64,000 nt of DNA, from NCBI GenBank assembly GCA_044892525.1, contig CM097886.1:152396001-152460000 (forward strand), written 5' to 3'. A model generated the notes under the pieces. The model was not told the DNA's origin. It searched no databases and saw only the letters and a list, made by a program, of their open reading frames with translations. The position numbers and the translations under genes were made by a program. This DNA is from Schmidtea polychroa. Its lineage: Eukaryota. Positions 1 through 14,011 of the stretch are shown piece by piece (the first letter of the stretch is position 1; every line of letters begins with the position of its first letter).

Positions 1-111
1 GTAGAAAATAATATTTTCGATTTCATTCCAAAAAATATGCAAGCCACATGAAAAGATTTCCTATAATGATTTAGCGCCATTATTGAGGTAAACCGTTTTA
101 TAAAGGTAATA

Positions 112-574
112 CAGTAAACCCTCCAACTGCTCGGTAGATACGTTCCACAAAAACAACGCGCAAACCGAAACCGCGAACTGTGAACCCGATTTTATATGTT
201 AAGTTCCAGATATTAGAAAAATTGCAAAAAATATAATAAAAAGTCTTTATTCAACATATTTACATTAATATAAACATGAAAACTATAGAACACAGTCTCA
301 ATCCTAACGCGATCACTAGAAAAATGAAACTGTCAATATTTATTTTTAAATAAAAAGTATATATGCATCAAAATACCGGGAATCACTATTTTCCGTTTCA
401 AAAATTGTATGATTCACCAATATGAATTAACATGATTTTTTTTGTCAAAAACAGGAAAAAAAATCGCGCAACTACGAAATTTTTACCACACTGATAGAAA
501 TTTTGGTATTTAAAACTTGGCCGCGCAATTGCGAAATCGTGCAATGAAAAACCGCGCAGGTGGAAGGTTTACTG
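112..574. mobile_element. Tc1/mariner-type MITE (463 bp), probably inside a dynein intron
   Basis: 24-bp imperfect TIRs (cagtaaaccctccaactgctcggt vs reverse complement cagtaaaccttccacctgcgcggt, 21/24); TA on both sides (110-111, 575-576); no ORF. Confidence 0.75.
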
Positions 575-955
575 TATTATTACCGGTTTATCGAAAAAAA
601 TTCAATATTCACTAAATAGCACTGAACCTTCAGAAATCATCAATATAATCTTTCCTAGTTAGCTGAGGATTAAGACTGATTATTTCTCTTTGAAGTGTGG
701 AGATCGATTTGAGAAGTTACCAACATACTTTTGAGGAAATTACTTTATATCATGAGCAATACAAAAAGAATTCAAAAAGATGTCTGACATATCATTTAAA
801 GGTTTAAAGAACGCCAACTTTAAAATTGAGATCATAATGCTCTTTATGAAACTTTTTGGTTGAACTAAAAACGACAGTTTGGCTTACATACAATACTTAC
901 CCACATTGTTATTATAACCCTACAAGTGATAACACTATAAAATTTAAATTATTAC

Positions 956-1481
956 CGAATTTCTTGGCATAATACTTTCTATTGAATCAATGGTTGAAAT
1001 TAATATCTCTTCACAATCTTTCATCCAAGAATTTTGAAGGTATTGACTCTGTTTCTGAGCGTATTGTTCACACATTTCTACTAAATCATTTAATGATAAC
1101 GGAGCCGATTCACAAATGTTCTCGATACTGATCAGTCTCAGGTCCCAATATCTTTATGTCAACATTAATATTTCAATAATTAACACTATTTTATTAAACT
1201 TCTTGCTGAAATTCGAAAGCAATTTAACCAAAGTGGAATGAGTAAAATATCCGAATTTCTGCAGATATTCCTTAGATTGCAGACATTGGCTATGCCAAGG
1301 CATTTCTTCGCGCAGAACTGGCAAGGATATCTGCATTTTTATATTAATTTTATTGTTTATTCAATTCCAAGTTAACTTTAGTTGACATCTTTAATCCCAA
1401 TCGTTTCTGTTCCAACTTGTTCAACAGAATATAGTCTAAAATAGCTTTTTTGATAGAATTTTGAAAGTTCTGTTCAGCATC
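956..1481 (-). CDS. Three N-terminal exons of an axonemal inner-arm dynein heavy chain (DNAH3/7/12-like); the gene probably extends both upstream and off the left edge
   Basis: Exons 1481-1377, 1330-1200 and 1151-956 join in frame across 46- and 48-nt GT-AG introns, giving DAEQNFQNSIKKAILDYILLNKLEQKRLGL...MPWHSQ...YWDLRLISIE...W. This resembles the S(I/L)RKAIVDYIL..ERKRL...PWH...LR(F/L)V stretch of single-headed dyneins. Flanking exons are not resolved. Confidence 0.6.
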
Positions 1482-2033
1482 CTGAAAATATAAAATATTT
1501 TTTATAACGTAAATTTTACCAACTAATAAGGAATGACCTACCTGATAATAATAGTGAGCCTGCCGAAATATATAGTATTAGTGATGTTCGAGTGGCGATT
1601 TTTAATATTTAAATCAGTACCATGTTTATTAGGGTTATGGCTTTTTTTAAAGAGAAGCCTGTGGTAGCATAAGATGAACTTTTATATAAAAATAGCATAT
1701 ATGACTTTTTAGTGATAAATATTCAAAAACGTCGCGCAATACATTTAAAACATATAGTCACAAATTCAATTATATTCAAAAATTAAAACATTTAATAATA
1801 AGTCTAAATTTGTATTTACAAATCTGAGGTTTAGGTATTTGTCATTTTTGCATTTTCTCGAAAGGGTTTCCATCACTGCTCTTTCAGTCCCAGTATTAGA
1901 ACGGGGATACTGTGACATGAGAAAATATGCAATTATATTCGAACGTTGCTCGAGAGTTCTATCTGGCATTATGAATTGATGGAAGTTTTCGCCACTTGAT
2001 GATAGGAAATTTGCCAGAACTCATGTTATATTA

Positions 2034-2040
<7 letters not shown>

Positions 2041-2100
<60 letters not shown>
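2041..2100. repeat. (TA)n microsatellite
   Basis: About 30 uninterrupted TA units. Confidence 0.98.
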
Positions 2101-2103
<3 letters not shown>

Positions 2104-3035
2104 CCAGGAAGATGGAGTCACGAAGTTCTCCAAGCCCTCTGAACCATGTCCCTTTGAACAACATTATTTCAAACTACAAAAAACTAAAAAATGTCTATTA
2201 TTTGGATGAAGGTTCTGGTTTTATTGCATCAAACAAATTTAATTCGCCAAGCGCGGAAATCAACATTGACAACAGAAAAAAATAATATTGACACACTTAT
2301 TGAAAATATAAAGTAAATTAAAAATGCTTGGAATTCAAAGCAAATAGCATCTTCTAATGAAATTGTTACAGAATGTGCGACAAATCACCGGATAGGGACC
2401 TGCAGAAATATATTTTTACAACCACAATTTTAACGAGATCATTGAATCATTTAAAGATTGGTTTATGCGTAAACCTAAAGCTGTTTCCTCTATGTAACTT
2501 ATTTGAAGTTCTATGGAATTTTGATGATATATATAAGAAGACCTTAGTTGAAGCAGCAATTATTTCAAGTAGTTGTTAAACTATTTGAATTCTACAACTG
2601 CTGTACTGTATTCTATACTTGATTTTTCAAATTCTTTTGCCATGTTTTTGAACTTCTCTCGACAATATTCATCGATAATTTAGACATGACGCTTTTGTTT
2701 AGTTCCTGTTGATATAAATTTTATGTTTATGTTATTATCGATTTAAAAATTATACTTCACCTGTACAAGAATTCAAAAGAAGGATTTTGGAATCAGAGAA
2801 GAGGAGGAATTCTGTGAATGAAAAACTATCAATTATTGAATTGGCTGTGTTATATAACTAGTGAAGTATTATTTGCACTTTGTGTTTATTAGTAGATTTC
2901 AAATTCAGCTTAAATCGTGTAGAATTCTTAATTATCAATTTAAATGTCATGAGCGCAATGCTACATACATAGAAACGACTATCGTCACATCTGTACTTCA
3001 GTTCTTGATCACTGTCGACTAAAGGAATTGATTAA

Positions 3036-3347
3036 CCACTTGCGCTATGATTTAATTTTCGGTAGCTGAGCGGCGCTCTACGATATAAATCTACTATATT
3101 ATTCCTTGTAAAAAATCAGTACAACATACCTTATCGATTTAGAAATATTCCTTATATCGATAATTCTACGCGATGTGAACCAATTTTATAATTGCAGTTC
3201 GAATAATGACGTTCCGTCTGTCAGCCGACGTTGCAAACACGTCGTTTTTGTTTTTGCGACAAATACTATCGACGTGGTATACACGTCACTTGCAGTTCTG
3301 AAAAAAATCATCAAGACGAGCCTGGCACGTCAATATAGCGCAAGTGG
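3036..3347. mobile_element. piggyBac-type MITE (312 bp)
   Basis: Perfect 13-bp TIR CCACTTGCGCTAT/ATAGCGCAAGTGG; TTAA at 3032-3035 and 3348-3351. Confidence 0.78.
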
Positions 3348-6300
3348 TTAATATTAGTTAGCATAATAGGCTATTAAAGTGTAGTGTGTATCCAAAGAAT
3401 AATATATTTGTATTTGTATTGCCATATTTAAAGTAATATGTAGAAAACTAAAGCGCAAAATTATGTGAGTGTAAATAATAAGAATATAAAATAATTAAAT
3501 TATTTTTGTTAATTAATTTTTTATTTTTAATTATTTTTATTATTTTATATTTTTTATAATATTGTTCGAATAAGCAACTTAAAATATAGTTTTTCTCTTT
3601 TCTATCTGTTGATAACCTAGAATTTGTCGAAATATATAATATAAATGATGTTTGAGTGGCGTATTTTAATAATAATAACAATTATTATTATTATTAATAA
3701 TAATTTATATTATTATAATATTATTACTATTAACCATGAGAAATTGATTTGTCACATCAGGATATTTCTCTGTCAAATTTCGGCCAGCCATGAATTTTAT
3801 TTTATTTTGAATTTCTTCTGTAAATTCTGTGATTATTGTTTCATCGTTGAATGAATTCTCCAGCAAGATTTGATATCTGTGAACAAGATATATTAATTTT
3901 TTTACCTTAAATTGAAATGTAAGTTAAATTTTTATATTAAATTATCAGTAAACAGAAAAAAAAATTCTCATTCTGTGGTTAAAAAATTGGGGGTTTTTTC
4001 CATTATTTTTCTGTTTAATAACTCAGAAGTCATTCATGCCAACTTATTTGCTGACTAATTGGCCAGAGTTAATTTAATTTTTGCGGAAACAATGTAACTT
4101 GTTCAGTTGGCTCAAATTCAATATTAATATTATGAATTTTATTGACTAAACTCATAAAAAAGTAGTGCCGAAAACTCTTGTTAAATATAAAACAAAATAT
4201 TGATTGATAGTCTAAAATAAATTACGATAAAATTTTTAGAAAAAGATCAATGGTAAGAAATAAAGTATTTCACTGATAAGAGTTAAAAGATGCGACCAAT
4301 GCATTGCACTTTACTTCCCTTGATTATTTTTTTTGTGTTTAAATTCCATCAAATCTCTCTTACTTTTAGTCCTTCGAAGTAAAAGACTTTAATATTAAAC
4401 TTGTGAAAGGGCGCATGTCAATATAGACAAATGTGAGCTTAACGCGTTGATTGCTACGCAAAAGCAATTCTGTGTGAATTTTTTTAAGTTTTAAATTTCA
4501 ATAGAAATTTTAAATGTTAACAATATTGGAATTAATAAAAACCGAAAAAAATCATTTTTGTCGCTTTTTAATTATCTAATAATATCGAGTGTGAAATTTA
4601 TTACAAAATCTAAAATTTAATAATGTTTAAATTACTAAATATTTTAATAAAATTTGCAAATTTATTTTAATTGTTTCTATAGTTTCCATAGCGATATGCG
4701 TGATATTTACCGCCATCAAATTTCAATTATTAGTTGGCAGTATTTTTTTTGTTATTTATCATTAATATGATTGGTTGAGTAAATATTGATATTAGCAAAT
4801 CAAATTTTATTTATCAATCGTAACTTCAATAAACTGAAATAAATTTGTTTAAATAAATACAATTATTACAATGAAAAAAAAATTAAAAATAACCAAAACA
4901 CAAAAAAATGTTAAAAAATTTGAATTGAATATTATTAAAACAAAAATAATAATAATTCAGACCGTGAGAATGGCCCTGCAACAATGGTAAGTGAATTATT
5001 TCAATGGCAATTGAAACTTGTTTAGTTCAGAAACAATTCTACTGGACTGCGTGAATGGATAAACTAATTGTACAATAATTTTTTTCTTTTTTTCAATAAA
5101 GGTTTCAATTTTCACCGGTGATCGGAAATGGATTATTTTTATTATTAGATCATTATTTATTGAATTGATGGGGTAGTTGGTCAAATATAAAGTTAACTAT
5201 TATTGATCTAAGCCCAAGCGTGTCTCCAGGTTCCAGGCGATATAAACGTTTGTTGAATAATATAATTGATCAATTTACGGCAACACCAATAATTCAATAT
5301 TGTAACAAAGACTTAAGTTCTTATCCCAACATTTCGTCAGGTATAGCACGTTTACAATACAACTTGGAATTCACAATCACTTGACTACTATTTCTGGTTC
5401 CGACGATCGGTACGTTCGATCTAGTTTATTTCTTAGCTTTAACTTGAATTTATTCAATAGTTTAAATTTCTTTAAAATCGTTTCTCCTATAACTTCGTAA
5501 TTCACTTTGGGCTTCGTTTTAATTTTGTTTTCTTCTTATCTTTGAAATTTTTATAAAATTTTGTTTATCTTTTTAATCTCTATCGTTTAGAAATTCTCTC
5601 TTTGTTCATTCAAGCTCTATTTCCTTTTATAGTCTGCGATTTAATGTCACTACCTGATACTTTCGTTTAAATACATTCCCTTTGGTCATCTCTAGTTCTT
5701 TTATTACTTTTGACAGTGGTCGAGATAGATAATACATCTCTTCACTTCCACAGTGATCCATTTTTTTATCTCAGATAGGTTATCGAGATATGCAAATTTA
5801 ATTTCGTTTTTTTTTGTATTTTTCCCTTCTTCACTTTGTCGTATTTGATTGTTTAATTTTTACTGACTGTTATTTTTCTCTCACTATTCAATTTTTTTTT
5901 GTCAATCCATCCTCCATTTCATATATTTCCTTGATCGTTTTATTCATTTAATAATTATTGGATTTTATTATTTAAGTATCCTCAACAGCAATAATGAATA
6001 TGTAAAATACTACGTGAGTATAGTAAGAACTGACCTAATAAGGATAATAAAAGTTTCGTGAGGCCCTGAAAGATTTCCGGGTTTTTAAAAATGTCTATAA
6101 GATCAGGGTCACTGATATTCTAACAAGATTTTATTTCAAAAATCACATAGCAAGACAAGTTTATATTTCTGAACATATAATTAGAAAGATAATATAAAGG
6201 AAAATAAATACAAAAATAATGCAAGTATTTGTTGACAATTTTAATTTTAACTTCATTTAGATTTATTAATTTTTCTATTTCTGAAATAAATTGATCAAGT

Positions 6301-6496
6301 CTAACAATTTATTTTTCCAAGTCTTCTATGTTTACTGATAAGTTACAAAATATAAAGAAATTTTTAGTGGTCATGTTTCACGTATTTGATTATGTAAATA
6401 TTTCTATACAATTATATTTATGAATGATGAATGTTCTATTAATTAATTAAATTTCAGTTATAACAGCAACACTAAAATTTATATTTAAATGAATGT

Positions 6497-6727
6497 TTAC
6501 GAGGATTGGATGTATTATATGATATGCCGTTAGAGGCTGATGACGAGGAGAAAATGCAATGAGGTCATGTTGTGAAATTATATTCGAATATGGCTCATTG
6601 TTATTTAAAATTAAACCAGGGACCATCTGCAATCAAATGTTGTAATACCATGCTTTCTAAGCAGCTGGTGTATGCAAAATCACTTTATCGGAAAGGAAAG
6701 GGTCTGATGGTAATTGGAGAATTTGAA
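6497..6727 (+). pseudogene. TPR co-chaperone exon fragment (FKBP6/Shutdown- or FKBP4/5-like) with an in-frame stop
   Basis: LRGLDVLYDMPLEADDEEKMQ*GHVVKLYSNMAHCYLKLNQGPSAIKCCNTMLSKQLVYAKSLYRKGKGLMVIGEFE; TPR signature LYxNxAxCYxKL...AKxLYRxGxxL; TGA at 6560-6562; no other exons found. Confidence 0.55.
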
Positions 6728-9700
6728 CCTGGTATTTCAAATAAAGGTCAACTCGAGAGCACGCTTTGTTGGCCTTAACACTTGGAATGATAGTTGATGT
6801 AAATAAAACCTTGATTCAGACTTCATTTGAATTTGATTTGTTCAAATATAATTACTATAATTTAATATATTTTATTATAATTTATTATAATATGATATAA
6901 TTTAATATAAATTTTAATATACAAATTTAACACAAATAGTTATTTCAACTAACTGATCACACATATAACATTTAAATTATATTATTTTTAAATAGAAGTT
7001 TTGGAACTCCTTACAAACATTACAAATTGTTGGAGAAATGTTTTCATATTTTGCGCAATTCATCATAATTTATGAATTTATCACATTACAACCATACATT
7101 TATAATTATGATTATACAAATTAAATATAATTATTAAACAAATAAATGATAAAATAAGACTTTTGCTGGGAAATATATATTCAATAAAATGAACAAAATT
7201 TCGGCGATTGCTTTAATTTGTGAAAAAAAGCAATTAAAAATTGAAGCAATTAAATTCCAGGAGATTGATAAGGTTTATTTTTATAGTCGAAAACATTTTC
7301 ATTTTATTGAATATTTACTTCGCAGAAAAAGGCTTCTATTATCATTTAATTATTTAACATTTAACTAATGCTGCTACCAAGAAATCATTACTTTATACTT
7401 AAATATAATTAATAATTACATAAATATTCTCCTTACAATTATCATATGGCAAGGATAATAGTCAAAAGTAAAAAGTAGACAGTTAAGACTTATTGCACTG
7501 AAGAATTACAATTTTAATTAGAATCAGAAAAATGATTGAGGAATCAATTATTTATATATATATTTTCATTTCTTTTCAGACAATATATCAATATTATTTA
7601 CATACTTAACACGAATTTTCACGCAGTATTGTTTAAGTTTTTTTTTAATTTTTTTAATAGTTCTTCTTTGTGACACATCATTATGTGTCATCGTCATATT
7701 CTAACTTGAATTTTAGCAACTTTAACGTCATTTTATTCACATTTTTGAACGTCCTTTCGCACCAAAATCCAACTGCTAAGCGGTAAATTTGTGTAATAAT
7801 TAATAAATTAAACTTATATAATGGATTAATGTGGAATATGGATAGTGTTTTCAATGTAAAATAAAATGCGGTCTGCAGACGGCGTACAAAACCGTACTAT
7901 TCGAGGAACTGTACTATATAAAAAACGATAATTGATTCCAAATAAAATATGTTTTTCCTGTTTGTCAATAATTAAAACAACTGCAATAGGAATATTTTTT
8001 GATTAAGATACTCGATCCATATTTATAATAGTCTCTCTATCTTTACCATTCGAATGCTTCTAATTTTGGTCACTTCTTTTGATAAGAAGCCGTAGCCCTA
8101 TATTGCGCTTTGCACTCAACTTTACTTTTTACAATTTTTCGAACTGATGATTTGTTCATTCCATTTTCACTTGCTATTTTAGCAAAATATGCACATTCTC
8201 CATGGTGCTTAACTACATTGTTTTATTTGAATATTTAAGAAACAACCAATATAACGGATAACTCCTAATAGTATCATTAAAATGTTTTCATGCGGAAAAG
8301 TTTATTTATGCAAATATATATATCAATATATCAATAACATTTATAATTATTTTATTTGAATATACGACATTCATGTATTTTTAATTTATAAATTTATACC
8401 CCATACATATCCCCTAAAGAACTTATACGACTGCATTTAAAAAAGAAGTCTTAGAATATATAGCTCATGGGAACACTTTTCATCCCGTGATAACTATATT
8501 TATGATTCGTTGATGTTTTATCAATGGAAGAAAAATAAAAACCAAATTCTCTCGACTAGTGCTGCTTTGAAGAGGTATAGTGGAACTGGAAGGAAAATGA
8601 GGATTGAGACTATAGAACAGATTAATATATTAATAAGGTTTTTTAATCAAAACTGTTGGGATTATACGAAGTTTACAAAAAAGTTGCAAAAAATGTAAAA
8701 ATCAATATTTCTCGGACAGAGAAGGAAAAAATAGCCCATTAATTTTAAAGTGGTGTTGGAGTCCCAGAAAATGCAATTAAAAATATAAATTAATTACTTA
8801 ATTAATTAAAATTCAGTTAACAGCAGCAATTAGTTCTTTAGAAAAAAAATCACAGAATTTCTGATTATGGATCAGTGTTTCCCGACCTTCTTTATACCAT
8901 GCCCCACCGTAGTATTTTCAAAAGGCATATGCCCCACCAGCCCCTTTGAAGTAGCTGTCAAACTTCAATATTCAGTATTACCAGTATGCAAAAATAATGG
9001 TCAATGAAATTTAACAATTTAACTTGAAGTTTGAAATAAATACTGTTTAAACTAATGTTCAATAAATTTTAACAAATATATTTTTAAAATTAATTAAAAT
9101 TTTTATTGACTATATAAAAAATTAAATTTTCAGTTCGTGCAAATCTCGATATAAAAAATCAATCTCAATGAAATAATAAATTTATCTATTGTTTAAATGA
9201 AAATTTATGCTGATTTAAGTCAATTTAATTTTTTAATTTAAGTGCTATTGTTTCAGAATTTCACTGTTTCTAAGCGTCATGGCAGTTTCGGTGAGTGACT
9301 TTTGTATGTCCGTGACAGTTGTCTCTATGTTGATATTAATAACTGACAGAAACAAGAAATATTTATAATAAATAATTATTATCCAATCAAATGTAAGTTT
9401 CGGTATTACGATGGGTATTCAACATCATCTTTTTTTTATATTTTTATGGGTAATTTTATTAATTATAATTTTTGAATATTTATTTAAATTATGCTTTTTA
9501 ATAACCTGATTCGACTTTCTGGTTCGGGACTCGAGGGTCTCAACAAACCATTTGTTGATCTATACCAAGGAGTAAATGAAACTGATAAAGCTAATTTTGT
9601 GTTATCATCGTGTTCGTGAGAATCCCATCTTTTGATAGCATTGGTTTCCATAAATTTTGTAATAGCCTCTAATTTCTTTGCTGTAAAAAATTGAAATTTT

Positions 9701-9939
9701 TATACTTGTAGCAAAAAACTACTACGTTAAAAAAAAGTTGTCAATTTTTTCATTTTTTAATTATTTTGATTGTATGAAAATAACATAAAAATGTCATAAT
9801 CATTTCAGAGCAAAAGCGAGGCCCGAGATAGATATTTTTGTGAGGCCCGTCAAAACATACGAATTAAATAGGTTTAAGGAAATAAAAACAATGATATTTA
9901 ATTTTTATTTAATTATATTTCTTTTTTACATTCCAGATT

Positions 9940-10726
9940 TTTTTATAAACCCCACGTCCGATTTCTTTAAAATTTCTTAAAATTCTTGAGTTACGCTCTG
10001 GATATTGTCTTTCTATATCCAGTGTTGCTTTGCAAGACTCAATGTCAAGATTTGTTTGGTATTGCAACATTAAAATTTTCAGTCAAACTATCGACATAAA
10101 AATGCGTTCAAATTTTAACATTTTTTTTAAAAACCGAAATCTGTGTTTGCATATCAACAAGTAGAGTTCTTTAATCAAATTCGTTCAAACCCAATCTCAA
10201 AGACTTCAAATATATGGTAACTGGTTTTATAGGATTTGGCCTTGCTGACCACATTGTATAGAGTAGCCTGTTAAATAATTTTTCTAAATATCTCTTCTTT
10301 TTAGACTTTAATGACAATTTATTGAACAGTTCCAAAAATGTTTTTGCTTCTTTGTAAGGTTCTGCTGTATTCACCCAGACAAAATTTAGAGTATGGTTTC
10401 CACAATCAGAAAATGTAAAATTTTTATTTTCTTTCAAAATAATTACTTCTGCTCCATTGTTCTTGCTTATCATATTGACTGTATTATCTTAACCCGGTCC
10501 AACACAGTTTGTAAAATCAAATTTTAATTCTTGAACCAAAATTTAAAAAAAACAGCGACTTTTTGGCTTTTTTCGAAATATTTTTTAAGTATATGACTAG
10601 TTCTTCAATTAAAAACTCCGATTCAGTGAATTTTATATGTCGGATTATTAATGTTTTTTGTTCCATATAAAAGGAATCTGGCACTGCATTCACAACAAGT
10701 CGTATTGGTCTATTCAATGTGTGCAC
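9940..10726 (-). mobile_element. Decayed hAT (ZMYM1-like) transposase
   Basis: VVNAVPDSFYMEQKTLIIRHIKF (first catalytic D region, degenerate), DCGNHTLNFVWVNTAE (CxxH motif) and TMWSAR (TRW motif), spread over several frames with stops. Confidence 0.7.
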
Positions 10727-10961
10727 TACGCACAGGCGCTGAAAATGAAAAGACGCCTACAAGACAATATGAAATTTAAATTTTAACAAAAATTATTTAA
10801 AAAAGAATTTCTTTTTAGTTTATAATTATTTAAACACAATTATTTCCTTTATTTTTTAAATGAACAGAGGTCTCCAAAACATTTATAGATGAAAGTGTCA
10901 CCGCTAGACCAACATACTGGATAATATCTAGGTGGTCGACAACGAATTTTATGTAGGTCAC

Positions 10962-10994
<33 letters not shown>

Positions 10995-11295
10995 AAAAAT
11001 TCTTATCCTCCATGTAAATGAGCTCCGAAGTCTCTAAATTAAAATCTAGGCCACGCCATAATATAACATTTTCTATATATTATGAAACTAACTTAATTAA
11101 ATATTATCTATGGATATATGCAATATGTTTTTTTATGTTTTTCCTAGGAAAAATAAAATTTTTGTTCCGGTATAAAAAATTGAAAATGTTATAAAAAAAG
11201 CTTACTATGTGGTTTTGATATTTCAGGACCACAATTCACAATTACATATTACAAACCACTGCGACTACGACACTATTTGTTTGATTATTTTCAAC

Positions 11296-11474
11296 CAGTG
11301 GCCTCTCTTGGGAAATTTTTTAAATTATTCATAATTTTTTTTTGTAATATCATAAATTATATTTGAAAGTGCAAATTTTATCAAATTTATGGCTTTTATA
11401 AAATTTACGGCGCCCCTTCACTCACGGCGCCTCCTGTGCTTAGCACAGTTAGCACAATGGAAGAGACGGCACTG
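11296..11474. mobile_element. Possible short hAT-type MITE or paired ends
   Basis: CAGTGGCCTCTCTT vs reverse complement CAGTGCCGTCTCTT; GGCGCC subterminal motifs; no 8-bp TSD seen. Confidence 0.35.
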
Positions 11475-12053
11475 AAACTAAGACAAACTTATATTATAGA
11501 ATTAAAATCCTATGCTTCAAAACATGACGAGACAGTGAATAACATCATCAAATGCCATAATATAACAACTTTCATATATAGGTAAACTGATATTATAGAA
11601 ATAAATTCGTATTCTTTAACACATGGAGAGACAATTAATAAAAACATAAGAAATAAATATGTAAATTAACGAAAAATATTTTTCAAAAATTTTCTAAGTA
11701 TTTTCCCATAATTTATATATTTATTTCTTATGCTTTTGTTCATTGTCTCCCCACGTGTTGCTTATCCAATTTTATATTTTTGTAAATTTTGATGAAATGC
11801 AAAATTTTATAAAATAAATTTTAAAATTGTAAAATAAAAAATCTTAACTTTTTGGGGTATTCAAATTCTTATAGGCTAATTTGTTGTCTTCATTATCCGA
11901 TTGAAAGAGTTGTTTGCCGCCAAAAATTAGGTCTTTTAAATTGACCATTTCTTTTTTTATTTTTTTCAAACGTTTCGATTTGATTGAACTGGGCTCGATA
12001 TGATCTGAGGAATTAATTTATTTTTAAAAAATTAAATTTACTATTAAAAAGAA

Positions 12054-12436
12054 TCATTTACTTGAATTTGTGGAATAATTTGGATTTTTAACAATTCCTG
12101 CTACAAAAGGAGAATAATTTTCAGCAATAGAAGAACTCAGTGTCTTGAAATTCTTTTTATCATGAAATGGCTGAGCGAATGTCCATGGACCTTTACTGAT
12201 GAGTTTAGGTCTATCACTGAAAACTTCCTAAATAATTAATTAAATGACCTTGAAAATTCATTTTAATAATTACCGTATTTGAACTTAAAGGGGGAAGATG
12301 ATCAAATAATTGCAATGGCCTGTGTTTCTGCTCAAATTCATTTAGAACGCCAATTTTAATATTGTCATATTGTAAATTGCCATTAACATCATTCACTGAA
12401 TTCATTTGATAGTGAATTTCAAATAAAATCTTTGAA
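12054..12436 (-). CDS. Two putative exons of an unidentified protein
   Basis: Exon 12436-12274, a 46-nt GTAATT...TTTAG intron (12273-12228) and exon 12227-12054 read in frame (...PPLSSNT|EVFSDRPKLISKGPWTFAQPF...NSSK*). No family recognised. Confidence 0.35.
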
Positions 12437-14011
12437 CTAGTGTTTTAATGTCAGTTTACAATATTGATTTATTGAAAGAAAATAACAAAATATATTAAAT
12501 TATATTATTAAATATATACTAAATAATTAAAATTTGTTAATTTGTAAATTAAATTTTTTAAATGATTTATTTTTAAAGAAATTGCAATTTGTGAGATAAT
12601 TTAGTTAAAATAATTTATTAATATCATAAATAATGATATTAAATGGATTTTTAGTTATTTTATGTTACCACGTTGAATACCAAACTTTTTTTTACCATAG
12701 CGACCGTCGATTTATTCTGGTTGTAAATTTTTATAGAATTTATCTTAAACTTAAAAATTTAAATTTATAAGAATATACAAAAAACCAAGATTACAGGCTG
12801 GTAAAATATGGGTATAAAAAAGAGATTGGGGTAGACAGAAACTCTTCTAACACACTTTTAAAAACTTTGGCTTATCTTTTGAAGCCGGAGCTTGTTCTTT
12901 GATTTTTTTTCTGAGGTTGTACCCATTACCGAGAGTAACCGTGGTCATCGAAGTTTAAACAAACGGTGCCTGATTCGTCAAAACCTCTTGAAAGACGTTG
13001 ATCAGAGTCGTATTGGCATTGGACTGAGTAGTTTTGGTGTTGATTTTGCTTAAAACTAAAGAGAATTTAAAATTTTTAAATATTAAAATTTAAATTTTAA
13101 AGTGAAAAATTTCAAAAAATAATATTTATAAAAATAATAATTGAGAATATCTATTAGTGTAATTTTAAAATTTTGGCTGAATCTAAAACGTCTCAAAAGT
13201 TTGTTTAAATATAACTGAACTAAAAACTCAGTAACTTTATTGGATTTGATTGATTGAAATAAAACTTATTATTTATTTAGTCGTTTTATATAGAATTAGA
13301 AAACTTAGATATTATCGAAACTAATAATTTTGGGGTTCTTACATTTAAAATTTCCATATAATTAAAAATTCTTATTTAAAATTCAAAATCAAGAAATCAT
13401 CGAATTGTAATTTGAAAAGTGGATGTAAATGAGATGATGGGAAAGATCATTGCGAGAACTGATTCATAATAATATATTCAAAAAGGGTCGAAATGCAAGA
13501 AACGTACGAAAACCGAAAATCGATAACTAATTAATTAAGAAAAACCCAAGTTTAGTAAACAAAGTTAATTCTGGAAATCCATTATCATGACAGAATTAGT
13601 AATTGGAAAACAGGGAAAAGATTATTAGAACTAGTACTTCACCCTTCCGAAATCGATGGTTGAGTTTCAACATTTTCTTCATTAAAGCGGCTAGTGTATG
13701 GCGTTTCCCCTGCTACATTACAGCTATACTGACAGGGTCGACTTTCCAACTTGGCAGAGGCAGATAGACTTTGCTTAGGCGCCTGTTTACAAAATGATAT
13801 ATTTTTTTGTATTTTACTTAAGCTTAACATCTCCTTACACTTTTTTACGTTTTGTTGCTACACTTGTGTGTTGATATAACATTTTGGACTGCATTATATT
13901 TTGTTAATATCTTGAAATTTAAAATTGTTTCCAAATATTATAATTAAAACATAGTTTTTAGCTTCGAGATTCAAACCTTTAATTTAGCTTTTACTGCAAA
14001 TTAAAATGAAC

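Noticed and set aside
2180-2540. Possible Tc1/IS630 transposase relic (YYLDEGSGF; FPLCNLFEVLWN)
   Set aside because: Two short degenerate motifs only, no TIRs, and the opposite strand could hold dynein exons.
12196-12222. Hammerhead-like CTGATGAG...GAAA core
   Set aside because: No pairing for stems II or III, and it lies on the antisense strand of a probable exon.
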